Part shown: positions 8,397-17,012 of the stretch, one piece after another
Numbering within the stretch: position 1 is the stretch's first letter
Layout: every line of letters starts with the position of its first letter
Assembly: GCA_010202845.1 (NCBI GenBank)
Contig: CP047921.1
Coordinates: 750,001-782,000, forward strand
Source of the DNA: Candidatus Saccharibacteria bacterium oral taxon 488
GTDB taxonomy: Bacteria > Patescibacteriota > Saccharimonadia > Saccharimonadales > Saccharimonadaceae
DNA: 32,000 nucleotides
Reading direction: 5' to 3'
The notes under the pieces: generated by a model
The model's database searches: none
What the model was told of the DNA's origin: nothing
The model's input: only the letters and a program-made list of their open reading frames with translations
Position numbers and translations under genes: made by a program

Positions 8397-8402
8397 GAAC
8401 AC

Positions 8403-8795
8403 ATGAAACGACAAGCAGGCTTTACGGTCATTGAGGTACTGGCAGCGATTATATTTCTCGGCGTGGCCACGGCGGTGGCGTTCACCCAGCTGGTGACGAT
8501 CCAACGCGAGCACCAAAACGACCGGAAAAAAACCGCTATTAATGCCATGCATTATAGCCTCGAAGAAGCCTATTACAAGCAGCACGGCTCTTATCCGGAA
8601 AAGATTACCGACGAGACGCTACCGACCATGGACAAGGAACTACTCAAAGATCCGAGTGGTAAAAAGCTTGGCGACAATGGCAGCGCCTATCGCTACGAGC
8701 CGACTAATTGCCACAGCGGTAAATGTAGATCATATTCGCTCAGAGCCATGCTTGATGGTGAGGCAGATTTCGTCAAAGACAGCCGCCACAAATAA
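8403..8795 (+). CDS. type IV pilin / pseudopilin with N-terminal prepilin methylation motif
   Basis: From the internal ATG the protein reads MKRQAGFTVIEVLAAIIFLGVATAVAF. This is the class III signal G|FTxIE plus a hydrophobic alpha1-N helix. A C-terminal Cys pair (NCHSGKC) resembles a pilin disulfide loop. The GTG at 8376 in the ORF track was rejected as the start. Confidence 0.8.
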   Translation: MKRQAGFTVIEVLAAIIFLGVATAVAFTQLVTIQREHQNDRKKTAINAMHYSLEEAYYKQHGSYPEKITDETLPTMDKELLKDPSGKKLGDNGSAYRYEPTNCHSGKCRSYSLRAMLDGEADFVKDSRHK

Positions 8796-8811
8796 CTAAA
8801 TCGTAGCCAAA

Positions 8812-9669
8812 CTAATCGTAACAGACTGGCCGGCCATTCTTGAAGGCTTCAATGGCGTTATTGAGGATGGCCACTTGGTGCTTGGGATTGGCCACGTAAT
8901 GAAAAATATAAGTCGTCTCCTCACCCTCAGTACTGAGACGAATTGTGCCGTAGTTAAAGATCGTCTGGGCAATGCCGGCTTGGAAAAAGCTGGCGTCCTC
9001 AATGCTGCCGAGACTCACTGTCTGTTCATGACGAACGAAGAGGCTCTGTTGGATTTCCTGGATGACGCTTTCATTAGTCATGAAAAAGTGATTCTGTAGA
9101 TACACCCACAGGGTGATCGCGCCGCCTAACACCACCAAGGCAACGAGCAGCAGCGCAATACCCAGCACCGCTCCCGGATTCACCGCCGGAAACAGCGGAA
9201 TATTAGCGGTCAGCGACGAGAACGAGGCCGCAAATACCAGCAGCACGACGACCAACAGGAGAGTGACGGCTGTAGGAATGACCATGCCGATCGGGTGGCG
9301 CTTGATGTCGAGGATGACATACTCGCCTTCGCTGAGATTGAGCTGCGGATAATCGCGAACGGACTGGTCGTGACGCGCCTTGGTCTCTGGGCTAACTGCG
9401 GGAACGGTCGGCTCAAGCGGCCGCGCAGCATGAACAACATTTGGTTCGTTAGCGTATTGGGCACGAATCTGTGGATTGAAGTTTTGCCCCTCAATCATCT
9501 CTGGCTGGATGGTGACGTGCGAGGTTGGCTGTGGCTCGATTGGCGGTGCAGTCGTCACCGGTGGCGGTGTCACGTCAGCCGGCGGATGATGATACAGTGG
9601 CCGGCCGTCAGAATCATAAGCAACCGGCTGGGTGTAGTCAGGCTCAGGATTAGTCTGGTTCGGATTCAT
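8812..9669 (-). CDS. membrane protein with bacterial PH (bPH_2 / YdbS-YdbT-like) domain and proline-rich N-terminus
   Basis: 285 aa. LSEGEYVILDIKRHPIGMV is followed by two TM helices and a C-terminal beta-rich domain, as in the YdbS/YdbT family. TGCTATACT (revcomp of 9677-9685) lies 7 nt upstream of the ATG. Confidence 0.6.
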   Translation of the reverse strand: MNPNQTNPEPDYTQPVAYDSDGRPLYHHPPADVTPPPVTTAPPIEPQPTSHVTIQPEMIEGQNFNPQIRAQYANEPNVVHAARPLEPTVPAVSPETKARHDQSVRDYPQLNLSEGEYVILDIKRHPIGMVIPTAVTLLLVVVLLVFAASFSSLTANIPLFPAVNPGAVLGIALLLVALVVLGGAITLWVYLQNHFFMTNESVIQEIQQSLFVRHEQTVSLGSIEDASFFQAGIAQTIFNYGTIRLSTEGEETTYIFHYVANPKHQVAILNNAIEAFKNGRPVCYD

Positions 9670-9696
9670 TAGTTCTAGTATAGCATATCGGCCGGA

Positions 9697-10731
9697 TTAT
9701 GCGACGTCACGGGCATGTTTTGTCCGATTGTTATGGCGTGGATTACGCTGCGCCACCCGCCGCAGATCCTCGTGCGCATCAAACTCGTCAATGATCTTAT
9801 GCCCCAGCATCCGCTCAATCACATCCTCCAGGCTGACGATACCAACCGTCTCGCGAAACTCATTCACCACGATGAACAAGTGATGCCGCACTCGCAAAAA
9901 CGCCGCCAGCGCGTGCTGCAATGTCTGATCCTCGCGGATGTAATACACCTTTTTCTCCATGACGGTTCGCGCCCGCTTACTCGTCGACGAACGGTTAATT
10001 GTCAATAAATCCTGAATATATAGCATCCCCACTATATGGTCAATATCGCCCTTGGTCACCGGAAAGCGGCTATGTCCAGTCTTGTGCAGCGCGTCCAGTA
10101 CTAGTGGGCCTAATACCTCGTCCTGATCCACTGTATCAATCACGCTACGCGGCGTCATCACCTCCTTGACCGGCACCGCATCAAACGACAGCACACCGAT
10201 GACCATCTTTTTCTCGTCCCGACTGAGCGCCTCGCCCGCCTGTTCGACCATGGCGACGAGCTCTTCTTTTGATTCAATGTCGTAGCCGTCATTGGGCATC
10301 GGCGCCACTGAGCGAATCATCGCAAATAGCGTCGGAAACTTCTCGATCAGCGCTAAAATTCGTCCCTCATATCGCTCGTAGAGCCGCTGGGAATATTGTT
10401 GCCATAGCGAAATCCGCGCCAGTGCGCCCGCCTCCAATGCGATGGCTAGCGAAATGAGAATGCCCAGTAGCCAATGAAACAGCTCCACACCGATGACACT
10501 GAGCGTCACCAACAGCACCGCTGCGATCACCCGCTGCAACGAGAAAATATCCCGCATCAGCGCATGCCGCTTTAACAAATGCTGCGCATCCTGATCACCA
10601 CGACGCGCTCGCCGCTGCAGCTCAAACTTACTGTGTGACGAGGCCTGCGGATGAACGCCCATGACTATTACGAGCAATATCAGCACTATCACATACAGCA
10701 TTCCTAGCAAAATATCGCTCATGCTGTTCAT
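9697..10731 (-). CDS. CNNM/DUF21 transmembrane domain plus CBS-pair protein (CorC/TlyC hemolysin family)
   Basis: 344 aa with N-terminal TM helices, then VKEVMTPRSVIDTV...GHSRFPV...IVGMLYIQDLL...LFIVVNEFRETVGIVSLEDVIE, typical of the CBS pair of this family. It lacks the C-terminal CorC_HlyC domain. Confidence 0.8.
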   Translation of the reverse strand: MNSMSDILLGMLYVIVLILLVIVMGVHPQASSHSKFELQRRARRGDQDAQHLLKRHALMRDIFSLQRVIAAVLLVTLSVIGVELFHWLLGILISLAIALEAGALARISLWQQYSQRLYERYEGRILALIEKFPTLFAMIRSVAPMPNDGYDIESKEELVAMVEQAGEALSRDEKKMVIGVLSFDAVPVKEVMTPRSVIDTVDQDEVLGPLVLDALHKTGHSRFPVTKGDIDHIVGMLYIQDLLTINRSSTSKRARTVMEKKVYYIREDQTLQHALAAFLRVRHHLFIVVNEFRETVGIVSLEDVIERMLGHKIIDEFDAHEDLRRVAQRNPRHNNRTKHARDVA

Positions 10732-10777
10732 TGTATACTTTTTATGCTATAATAGCCAGAGTTAATTTGGAGGAAGT

Positions 10778-11479
10778 ATGAACGGAAAAACCTGGGCTAT
10801 CTTTGCAATCGTTGTCGCGGCTGTCGTCGGCGGTATGATTTATCTGTCAACACAGAATCGTTTGAACGTTAGTGATATCTCAAATGACGCAGCTATGCGC
10901 ATCATACCGGCCGAAGCGCGCACTGGTAACATCGGTGAGCACACTATCGGCAACACCAATGGCAAAGTTGTGATGATCGAATACGGCGACTACCAGTGCC
11001 CGGGCTGCCGCACCGCTGCACCAGAAGCCAAGCGCGTGGCCGAGAAATACAAGGACCACGTCGCGCTGGTCTTTCGTAATTATCCGATCCCGTCGCTCCA
11101 TCCAAACGCCCGAGCGGCGGCGGCGGTCGCCGAGGCAGCTGGGCTGCAGGGCAAGTTCTGGGAAATGCACGATCTACTCTACACCAACCAAGGCGCATGG
11201 AGTAATGCCCGCGCCAAAGAACGCACCGACGTCTTCAGTGGCTACGCCAAGCAGCTGGGCCTGAAGGTTGATAAATTTAATGCTGACCTAGCCTCCGGTG
11301 CTGTCACGAAGAAAATTGACTTTGATGTGGCGGTCGGGCGACAGTTACAAATTGATGGCACACCAACCTTTTTCATCAACGGCAACAAGCTCAACCTCGG
11401 TGACGCTAGCTCTATCGAAAATGCTGTCAAAGACGCCCTGAAAAAAGCCGGCGTCGCAGTTGATGAAGCAAAAAAATAA
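10778..11479 (+). CDS. DsbA-family thiol:disulfide oxidoreductase, membrane anchored
   Basis: 233 aa with an N-terminal TM and the CxxC active site YGDYQCPGCR in a thioredoxin-like context (GTPTFFINGNK). TGCTATAAT and a GGAGGAAG Shine-Dalgarno lie upstream. Confidence 0.8.
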   Translation: MNGKTWAIFAIVVAAVVGGMIYLSTQNRLNVSDISNDAAMRIIPAEARTGNIGEHTIGNTNGKVVMIEYGDYQCPGCRTAAPEAKRVAEKYKDHVALVFRNYPIPSLHPNARAAAAVAEAAGLQGKFWEMHDLLYTNQGAWSNARAKERTDVFSGYAKQLGLKVDKFNADLASGAVTKKIDFDVAVGRQLQIDGTPTFFINGNKLNLGDASSIENAVKDALKKAGVAVDEAKK

Positions 11480-11516
11480 TATCAAATTGATCAAAAGCAT
11501 TAACTAGTGTCCAAGT

Positions 11517-11549
11517 AAAAATCACCCCGGTGCCTGTGGGGTGATTTTT
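11517..11549. terminator. strong, potentially bidirectional rho-independent terminator
   Basis: AAAATCACCCC-GGTGCCTGT-GGGGTGATTTTT forms a perfect stem. It is flanked by an A-run and a T-run. Confidence 0.75.
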
Positions 11550-11842
11550 ATGCCGTCCCTTTTTAGGACATGCGCACTTATTGTGCTATGTATGTTTGCC
11601 ATTTGGCAGGCACCACATCCACTGCGACCTTTTTGCGCCGACTGGTCGACACAACATTGATTGCTATTGGCATGTGTTTCGTACTCCTTTGTACTAGTGC
11701 AGCCTCACGCGCTTCGACCTTTATTGCCCACTTTATTTATAAGCAGCGACATGCTTCGGCGCGAGACACATCAGCCATGATAGCAAAGACTGATACGAAC
11801 GTCAAGCAGAAGCTACCTCTGATCTGACCCCTGATACCAGCC

Positions 11843-12763
11843 TCAAAACAAGCGCAGCCGCTTGGCGAAGATGTACACAATACCGATGAGCAGCACCGTA
11901 AAACCGGTAATCACCGGATACGCCCACGCCTCACCTTGAAACGGCAAGGTAATATTCATGCCGTACATACCATAAAACACATTCGGGATGGCCAGGAGAA
12001 TAGTGATGGCGGTCAAGACTTTCATCCGCTGGTTGAGGACATTGTTGGCGATGGTTGAATAGGCGTTCTGGATACTGGTGATGGTCTGGCTGTTGGCGGC
12101 GACCATGACCAGTAATTGCTTGACGTGCAGCACCAGATCACCCAGCGCCTCGAGGTCGCACACCGTGAACAGGCCACGACGATTGAGCGCTAATTGGCCG
12201 AGCACGCTCGCTAGCCCCTCGAGACTCGAATGAAACTCGTTGAGGCTATCTTCGATAGCCACAAACTCAATAAAGTCAGCGTTTTTCACCTCGTGGCGCG
12301 ACAGCCGGTGTCGGGCGGCAGCGATATTACCAGCAAGGTCATGAATCTGTTGTTCGTACGCAGCCACCGCACAAGCGATGGTCGCTGCGAGGAGCGCACC
12401 AGGCTTATCGGTCGTGGTTGTGAGAAACGGCTCGGCAGCTTGTGGCGAGAAATTATTGGCAGGATTAATCGTTACAAACTGGGTTTTCGACACAGCAGCC
12501 AGTAGCGGCGCGGTCTTTATGGCATTGTCTCGAACCAGCGGCAGCCGCACAAAGACATACTCAATGCCGCCGCTATATTCCATTCGCGGCAGCTCGCGCA
12601 CATCGGCCGCGTCACGGACGATATTTTCATCGAGGCCGAACTGCTCGGCGAGTTCGCTTGGGCGCAGCGTGCCGCTGACATGCGCCCAGACGCCACGATG
12701 AAACTGATGCGTTCGCCCTAACGAATCACCCATACATCGCCGCTCAAAGTAGCCCACCGTCAT
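11843..12763 (-). CDS. corA: CorA-family magnesium/cobalt transporter (paralogue 1)
   Basis: It has a YGMYGMNITLPF GMN motif between two C-terminal TM helices. The start was chosen at the ATG at 12761-12763 (MTVGYFERR...) because TATAAT (revcomp of 12770-12775) lies 6 nt upstream. The TTG at 12799 in the ORF track abuts the MFS stop and was rejected. Confidence 0.8.
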   Translation of the reverse strand: MTVGYFERRCMGDSLGRTHQFHRGVWAHVSGTLRPSELAEQFGLDENIVRDAADVRELPRMEYSGGIEYVFVRLPLVRDNAIKTAPLLAAVSKTQFVTINPANNFSPQAAEPFLTTTTDKPGALLAATIACAVAAYEQQIHDLAGNIAAARHRLSRHEVKNADFIEFVAIEDSLNEFHSSLEGLASVLGQLALNRRGLFTVCDLEALGDLVLHVKQLLVMVAANSQTITSIQNAYSTIANNVLNQRMKVLTAITILLAIPNVFYGMYGMNITLPFQGEAWAYPVITGFTVLLIGIVYIFAKRLRLF

Positions 12764-12769
12764 GCAAAA

Positions 12770-12775
12770 ATTATA
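12770..12775 (-). promoter_or_regulatory. -10 box (TATAAT) 6 nt upstream of the corA ATG; predicted leaderless
   Basis: On the minus strand the sequence reads GGGTATAATTTTTGCATG. Confidence 0.45.
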
Positions 12776-12799
12776 CCCCAGAAAACACCACTCTGGCAA

Positions 12800-14452
12800 T
12801 TAGCCGCGTAGCCGCTTTTCTCTAACTGGCATCACCGCAATCATCGCGACAACCATCAGCCCTGAACTGATCAAAAATACCTGATGCAGCCCATCGGCAA
12901 ATGCGTGGAGAATGACATTGGTAAATTCCTCCTGCTGCTGGCTGAACTGCTGTTTTGCCTGAGCTTGAGCTGGTGCTGGTAGCCGCTCAAACCCTTGAGC
13001 CGCCACCCGAGCGATCATCTCTTTTTGAGCATTCAGCCGCAGCAACACGTCAGCATTCAGCTCACCAGACAGCATCTGCTGGGCAGCTGGTGAGCGCTGT
13101 AGGCTCTGAACATATGGCAGTTGATGTGGATCACCGACATGTGCTAGGATGCCAGCGGTTAATACGCCCGATAATACCGCCGCACCAATTGTCGAGCCCA
13201 GCCCACGAAATAGCTGCACGCTGGAGGTCGCCGCACCGAGGTCTTTTTGCGTAAACTCATTCTGCACCGCCAAGGTCAAGATCGGCATCGCTGCGCCGAA
13301 TCCAAGCCCAACAAATACCGCCACGATAGCTTCGTGCCAATATGGCGATTCTGGCTGTAGAATTGTTAGCACGGCGACACCGACCGCCGTTAGCCCAAAA
13401 CCGACCACTATCCAGCGTTTATATGCACCAGTTTTAGCAACCAGCCGACCGATAGTTATCGAGCTTGTTATACTGCCTGCTACCATCGGTAGCAGCATCA
13501 GCCCAGCCTGCGAGGCAGTGGCGCCAAATACCTGCTGATTAAACTGTGTTAGATATAAAATTGCCCCCATAAAGGCCGCGCCAAACAGGCTAGCCGCCGC
13601 CATAATCAAACTATATGTCCGATTGGCAAAGAACCGTAGCGGCAGAATCGGCTGCTTGGCTCGCCGCTCGATCAGCACAAAACTCAGCGCCGCCAGTACT
13701 GATATCGTTAGTAGCATGCCCTGAACCAACGCTAGGCTAACACCACGCTCGATTAGTCCCTTAAAGATAATCTCTGTATTGTCTACCGCCAGCACCAGCG
13801 TCGCCAGGGCGATAGTGATAAACAGCGCACCGAGATAATCGGGCTTGTGCGTGCGGTCGTGCTTGATCTGCGGGCAGTAGCGAATGATGAGGATGGTGGC
13901 GATCACGCCGATCGGCACATTGATCAAGAACGTCCAGCGCCAATCACTGACCATGCCAAATAGCGACACACCATCTGTCAGCCAACCACCGATTAACGGC
14001 CCAGCTACTGAACTCATCCCAAAGACCGCACCAAACAGTCCTTGCCATTTACTACGTTCCTTTGGCGGAAAGAGATCACCAACAATGGTAAAGGCATTCG
14101 CAGTGATGATGCCGCCGCCGATGCCCTGTAGCGCCCGCCACGCAATCAGCCACTCGACTGTCGGCGCCAGGCCGCTCAGTAGCGAGCCGATGGTAAAGAT
14201 ACTCACCCCGGCGAGCAGTAGCGGTTTGCGGCCATACATGTCGCTCAACTTACCAGCCAGCGGTACGGTCACCGTGGTGGTCAACATGTAAGCAGTCACG
14301 ATGAAGCCAAGCGACGAAAAGCTATTAAATTCCTTGACAATCGCCACCAGCGCTGTCGAGACAATGGTCTGATCCAGCGCCACCAAAAACAGTGCGCTCA
14401 TCACCGCACTCATAACGATTAATTTATTTCTGATCGATAATTCGTGTAGCAT
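12800..14452 (-). CDS. MFS transporter, DHA2 (EmrB/QacA-like, 14-TMS) drug:H+ antiporter family
   Basis: 550 aa and many TM segments. It has the N-terminal LDQTIVSTALVAIVKEF and GKLSDMYGRKPLLL motifs characteristic of the EmrB/QacA subfamily. Confidence 0.85.
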   Translation of the reverse strand: MLHELSIRNKLIVMSAVMSALFLVALDQTIVSTALVAIVKEFNSFSSLGFIVTAYMLTTTVTVPLAGKLSDMYGRKPLLLAGVSIFTIGSLLSGLAPTVEWLIAWRALQGIGGGIITANAFTIVGDLFPPKERSKWQGLFGAVFGMSSVAGPLIGGWLTDGVSLFGMVSDWRWTFLINVPIGVIATILIIRYCPQIKHDRTHKPDYLGALFITIALATLVLAVDNTEIIFKGLIERGVSLALVQGMLLTISVLAALSFVLIERRAKQPILPLRFFANRTYSLIMAAASLFGAAFMGAILYLTQFNQQVFGATASQAGLMLLPMVAGSITSSITIGRLVAKTGAYKRWIVVGFGLTAVGVAVLTILQPESPYWHEAIVAVFVGLGFGAAMPILTLAVQNEFTQKDLGAATSSVQLFRGLGSTIGAAVLSGVLTAGILAHVGDPHQLPYVQSLQRSPAAQQMLSGELNADVLLRLNAQKEMIARVAAQGFERLPAPAQAQAKQQFSQQQEEFTNVILHAFADGLHQVFLISSGLMVVAMIAVMPVREKRLRG

Positions 14453-14554
14453 TGTTTGTTACCTTTCATGTTATTCAAGTATCAGTAGCCCATAAATATA
14501 AGAACTCTCCAACTCACCTACCTAGTACGATTACATCCTGCACCCAAGCGTAGT

Positions 14555-14584
14555 ATTTTACGCCGGATGGGCGGTGGGTGTCAA
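14555..14584 (-). promoter_or_regulatory. candidate sigma70-type promoter for the MFS gene (TTGACA-N18-TAAAAT)
   Basis: The minus strand has TTGACA (revcomp of 14579-14584) and TAAAAT (revcomp of 14555-14560). This implies a 5' leader of about 100 nt. Confidence 0.4.
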
Positions 14585-14687
14585 GCCGAGCTGCCGCAAA
14601 TGACACCGTGCCGTGAAGTCTATCGACCCAAGCTGTCCTGATACTTACAATGCAAAATAGCCGCAATGACATTCTACGGCAGCAGCC

Positions 14688-15059
14688 TTACAGCGTCGTA
14701 TCCTTTTTATAATTTTTCTTAGCCTCTAGCAAGCGGCGATTTTGTTCAACTTTATCTTTGATCTCAAAAATTTCAACTGGATACTTTTTATCTAGTTTGG
14801 CAATCTTTGCAGCAACCGCTTCAGGAATATTGATATCAAATCGGTCGGCAAATTGAATCGCATAAATAATGATGTCGGCCAGTTCGCTTGCCATGTCGTC
14901 TTTGGTACCAATATGCGTATCGCTCCACTGAAAATACTCTAATAATTCATTAGCCTCCAATGATAACGAAATTGCCAAACCACGCGAACTCTTCGTCTTA
15001 TTCCACTGGCGAGCACAGACGTGGCTCATTACCAACTTTTGTACTTCTTCAAATGTCAT
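14688..15059 (-). CDS. MazG-like nucleotide pyrophosphohydrolase (dCTPase/DCTPP1-like all-alpha NTP-PPase)
   Basis: SLEANELLEYFQW...ELADIIIYAIQFADRFDINI matches the MazG-type EExxE...D helices. The start was set at the ATG at 15057-15059 (MTFEEVQ...) because AAGGAGA lies 6 nt upstream. The gene is markedly AT-rich. Confidence 0.75.
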   Translation of the reverse strand: MTFEEVQKLVMSHVCARQWNKTKSSRGLAISLSLEANELLEYFQWSDTHIGTKDDMASELADIIIYAIQFADRFDINIPEAVAAKIAKLDKKYPVEIFEIKDKVEQNRRLLEAKKNYKKDTTL

Positions 15060-15134
15060 GCTGTCTCCTTTATCTATTGTCACGTCTTATGGTGCTACTG
15101 ATAGCTCAGTCCCAACCCAGCCTCGCCAAAACTC

Positions 15135-16661
15135 TTACTTGACTAGTCGCAGCCGCTCAATCAACCAATCCCGCGGCAAAATTGACAAGAACCAGCCAGC
15201 GCGTGGGCCGGAATCTTTGCCAATGAGCACGCGGTAGATAGTGGTGAAGAGCTCCCGCGGCGGCAGCAAACCACTTTCCTTGTAGACGTAAATTGCTTGA
15301 TGAAACCAATTGCCGTCAGCTTCGGCTGGCGCCCCGGTGATATCGTCAGCTAATCGCCGCAGGTATTCTTTTTGCTCTGGCGAAAACTCATCGGGACGCA
15401 CCTCGTCCGCCAGGCGAAACTTCAATGATTCAGGCGCCCACTTTTCCAGCCACCGGCTGACGTAGCCTAGTTCCGTAATAATCACCGTCTCTTCCTCATC
15501 GACGATGCGGGCATATTCCGGACTGCGCCGCAAAATTTCTACCGTTTTTGCCGTGTCGCACAGCGCCGCTTGGTACGAAATGACTAGATGCGAGAAGGGA
15601 ATTGAGCTGACCGCTGGATGATTCAGCCCGTCAGTACACAGGAACAATAGCTGTTCGTCGAGCTCATTTTGCGGATGCTGCTTCATCGCCGCGAAGTCGT
15701 CAACCAGCCGCACCAGGCTATCGGTCTCGTCAAAATACAGTCGCTTGGCCGGCGAATATCGAAGGATAAAGTAGCGCACTACCTCAGGCGGCAACATATC
15801 GACAACATCATGCGCGTTCACGCCAGTGCCCTTGCTGGCACTCATCTTTTTGGTATCACCGGTGCGATTGATAAAGTCGTACGGCACCGGTACTGGCGCA
15901 TCAATGTCATAAACCTCGCGGGCAATCCGCTTGCCAGTATCATACGAGCCGCCCTTTGTCGCGTGATCACGACCAAACGGCTCAACATCAACACCGAGCA
16001 GCCACCACCGCCCCGGCCAGTCCAGCCGCCAGTCCAGCTTTACCTGCCCGTCGTCGTACCGGATTGTATGCTCTGAGTCATCATGGCTACGATAGGTAAT
16101 CGTTTTAGCATCGCTATCCATGCTGATAAATCGGCGATTTTTCAGCCGACCATGCTCCATAATCTGAATCGGCGACCACTGATCATTCAGCTGCCGGCCC
16201 GATACTTCCTGGATGGCGGATTTGGCCTTGTCGATACGGCTCAGCGAGCGCTCAATGGCCGGTACAAAAAACCCGCTCCGATATTTATCGCTAGCATAGA
16301 TCACGTCCATGGTGACGCCAATTTTATCAGCACTGTCGAGAAATGGCTTCAGGCAAAAATCCCCCCACGAATCGTACCGATCATCTGGTGATGGCACCGT
16401 GCAAAGCGGCATACCCAAGTACTGCTCATAACTAGCTGGCAAATTAACCGGCACCTTACGAAAGGCGTCCAGGTTATCCGAAACATGAACGTGGCGCGCC
16501 CGAATGCCTGCTTGCTTCAGCGCCCACACTACGGCGTCAGCGATAACGATTTCGCGCAAATGCCCCACATGATACACCCCCGACGGCGATGCGCCCGAGG
16601 AAACGAGCACCTCTTTATCCACATTTCGAAACTGATCTACGATATCATCAAGCCATTTCAT
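15135..16661 (-). CDS. lysK: lysyl-tRNA synthetase, class I
   Basis: 508 aa. It has a class I signature SPSGVYHVGHLREI (HIGH-type) and KMSASKG (KMSKS). The length and layout fit class I LysRS rather than the class II enzyme. Confidence 0.9.
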   Translation of the reverse strand: MKWLDDIVDQFRNVDKEVLVSSGASPSGVYHVGHLREIVIADAVVWALKQAGIRARHVHVSDNLDAFRKVPVNLPASYEQYLGMPLCTVPSPDDRYDSWGDFCLKPFLDSADKIGVTMDVIYASDKYRSGFFVPAIERSLSRIDKAKSAIQEVSGRQLNDQWSPIQIMEHGRLKNRRFISMDSDAKTITYRSHDDSEHTIRYDDGQVKLDWRLDWPGRWWLLGVDVEPFGRDHATKGGSYDTGKRIAREVYDIDAPVPVPYDFINRTGDTKKMSASKGTGVNAHDVVDMLPPEVVRYFILRYSPAKRLYFDETDSLVRLVDDFAAMKQHPQNELDEQLLFLCTDGLNHPAVSSIPFSHLVISYQAALCDTAKTVEILRRSPEYARIVDEEETVIITELGYVSRWLEKWAPESLKFRLADEVRPDEFSPEQKEYLRRLADDITGAPAEADGNWFHQAIYVYKESGLLPPRELFTTIYRVLIGKDSGPRAGWFLSILPRDWLIERLRLVK

Positions 16662-16668
16662 ATGTGCT

Positions 16669-16674
16669 ATTATA
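16669..16674 (-). promoter_or_regulatory. -10 box (TATAAT) 7 nt upstream of the lysK ATG; predicted leaderless
   Basis: On the minus strand the sequence reads TGGTGTATAATAGCACATATG. Confidence 0.45.
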
Positions 16675-16728
16675 CACCATAAAATAATCGTTGCTCTACA
16701 TCAGATAAGATGTCGGGGATGTGGGCAC

Positions 16729-16776
16729 AAAAATAACCGCCGGCCCGAGCCCAGAACAGACTCCGCCCGGCGGTTA
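16729..16776 (-). terminator. rho-independent terminator, orphaned behind the permease tail remnant
   Basis: AACCGCCGG (16736-16744) and CCGGCGGTT (16768-16776) form a GC-rich stem. On the minus strand it is followed by ATTTTTGTG. Confidence 0.6.
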
Positions 16777-16802
16777 CCAGCATCGGATGGAGAGACCCCG
16801 CT

Positions 16803-16874
16803 CTACTCCCACCGAAACAGCTTGATCGCGGCGATGTAGATAACGACAATCCACACAGCAAAGGCACCTATGCG
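16803..16874 (-). pseudogene. remnant of the last 23 codons plus stop of an ABC-2 permease gene
   Basis: My minus-strand translation is RIGAFAVWIVVIYIAAIKLFRWE*. The C-terminus of the intact permease (19947-21065) is QIGAVAAWTLVIYVAAIKLFRWE*, so 16 of 23 residues are identical. A 20-nt identical run, TACTCCCACCGAAACAGCTT, occurs at 16804-16823 and 19948-19967. An in-frame stop lies a few codons upstream, so this is not a gene. Confidence 0.75.
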
Positions 16875-17012
16875 TAGTATTACCCTAAATCCTAAGTCTC
16901 ACTTATACACTTTCGACACTAATATCCACGACAGTCGTTGATTTCAAAACTATTACAATATAACATAGTTATTAATGTTGATTTATTAACTTTCATTGAG
17001 AGGTAGTTATTA

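Noticed and set aside
8376-8402. Upstream alternative starts given by the ORF track (GTG 8376 pilin, 21883 CHAP protein, TTG 12799 corA, TTG 19900 NMNAT-like, GTG 15083 MazG-like)
   Set aside because: In each case an internal ATG is preceded by a -10 box or Shine-Dalgarno at proper spacing. The internal start also gives a canonical N-terminus, such as the prepilin signal or signal anchor.
11570-11827. 85-aa plus-strand ORF as a real gene
   Set aside because: It has no Shine-Dalgarno or convincing promoter, an atypical composition, and begins right after a terminator. It is kept only as part of the unexplained-gap finding.
16670-16867. 65-aa minus-strand ORF between lysK and the island
   Set aside because: It reads across the terminator hairpin and the permease-tail remnant in the wrong frame. 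The homologous frame is closed by a stop after about 30 codons.
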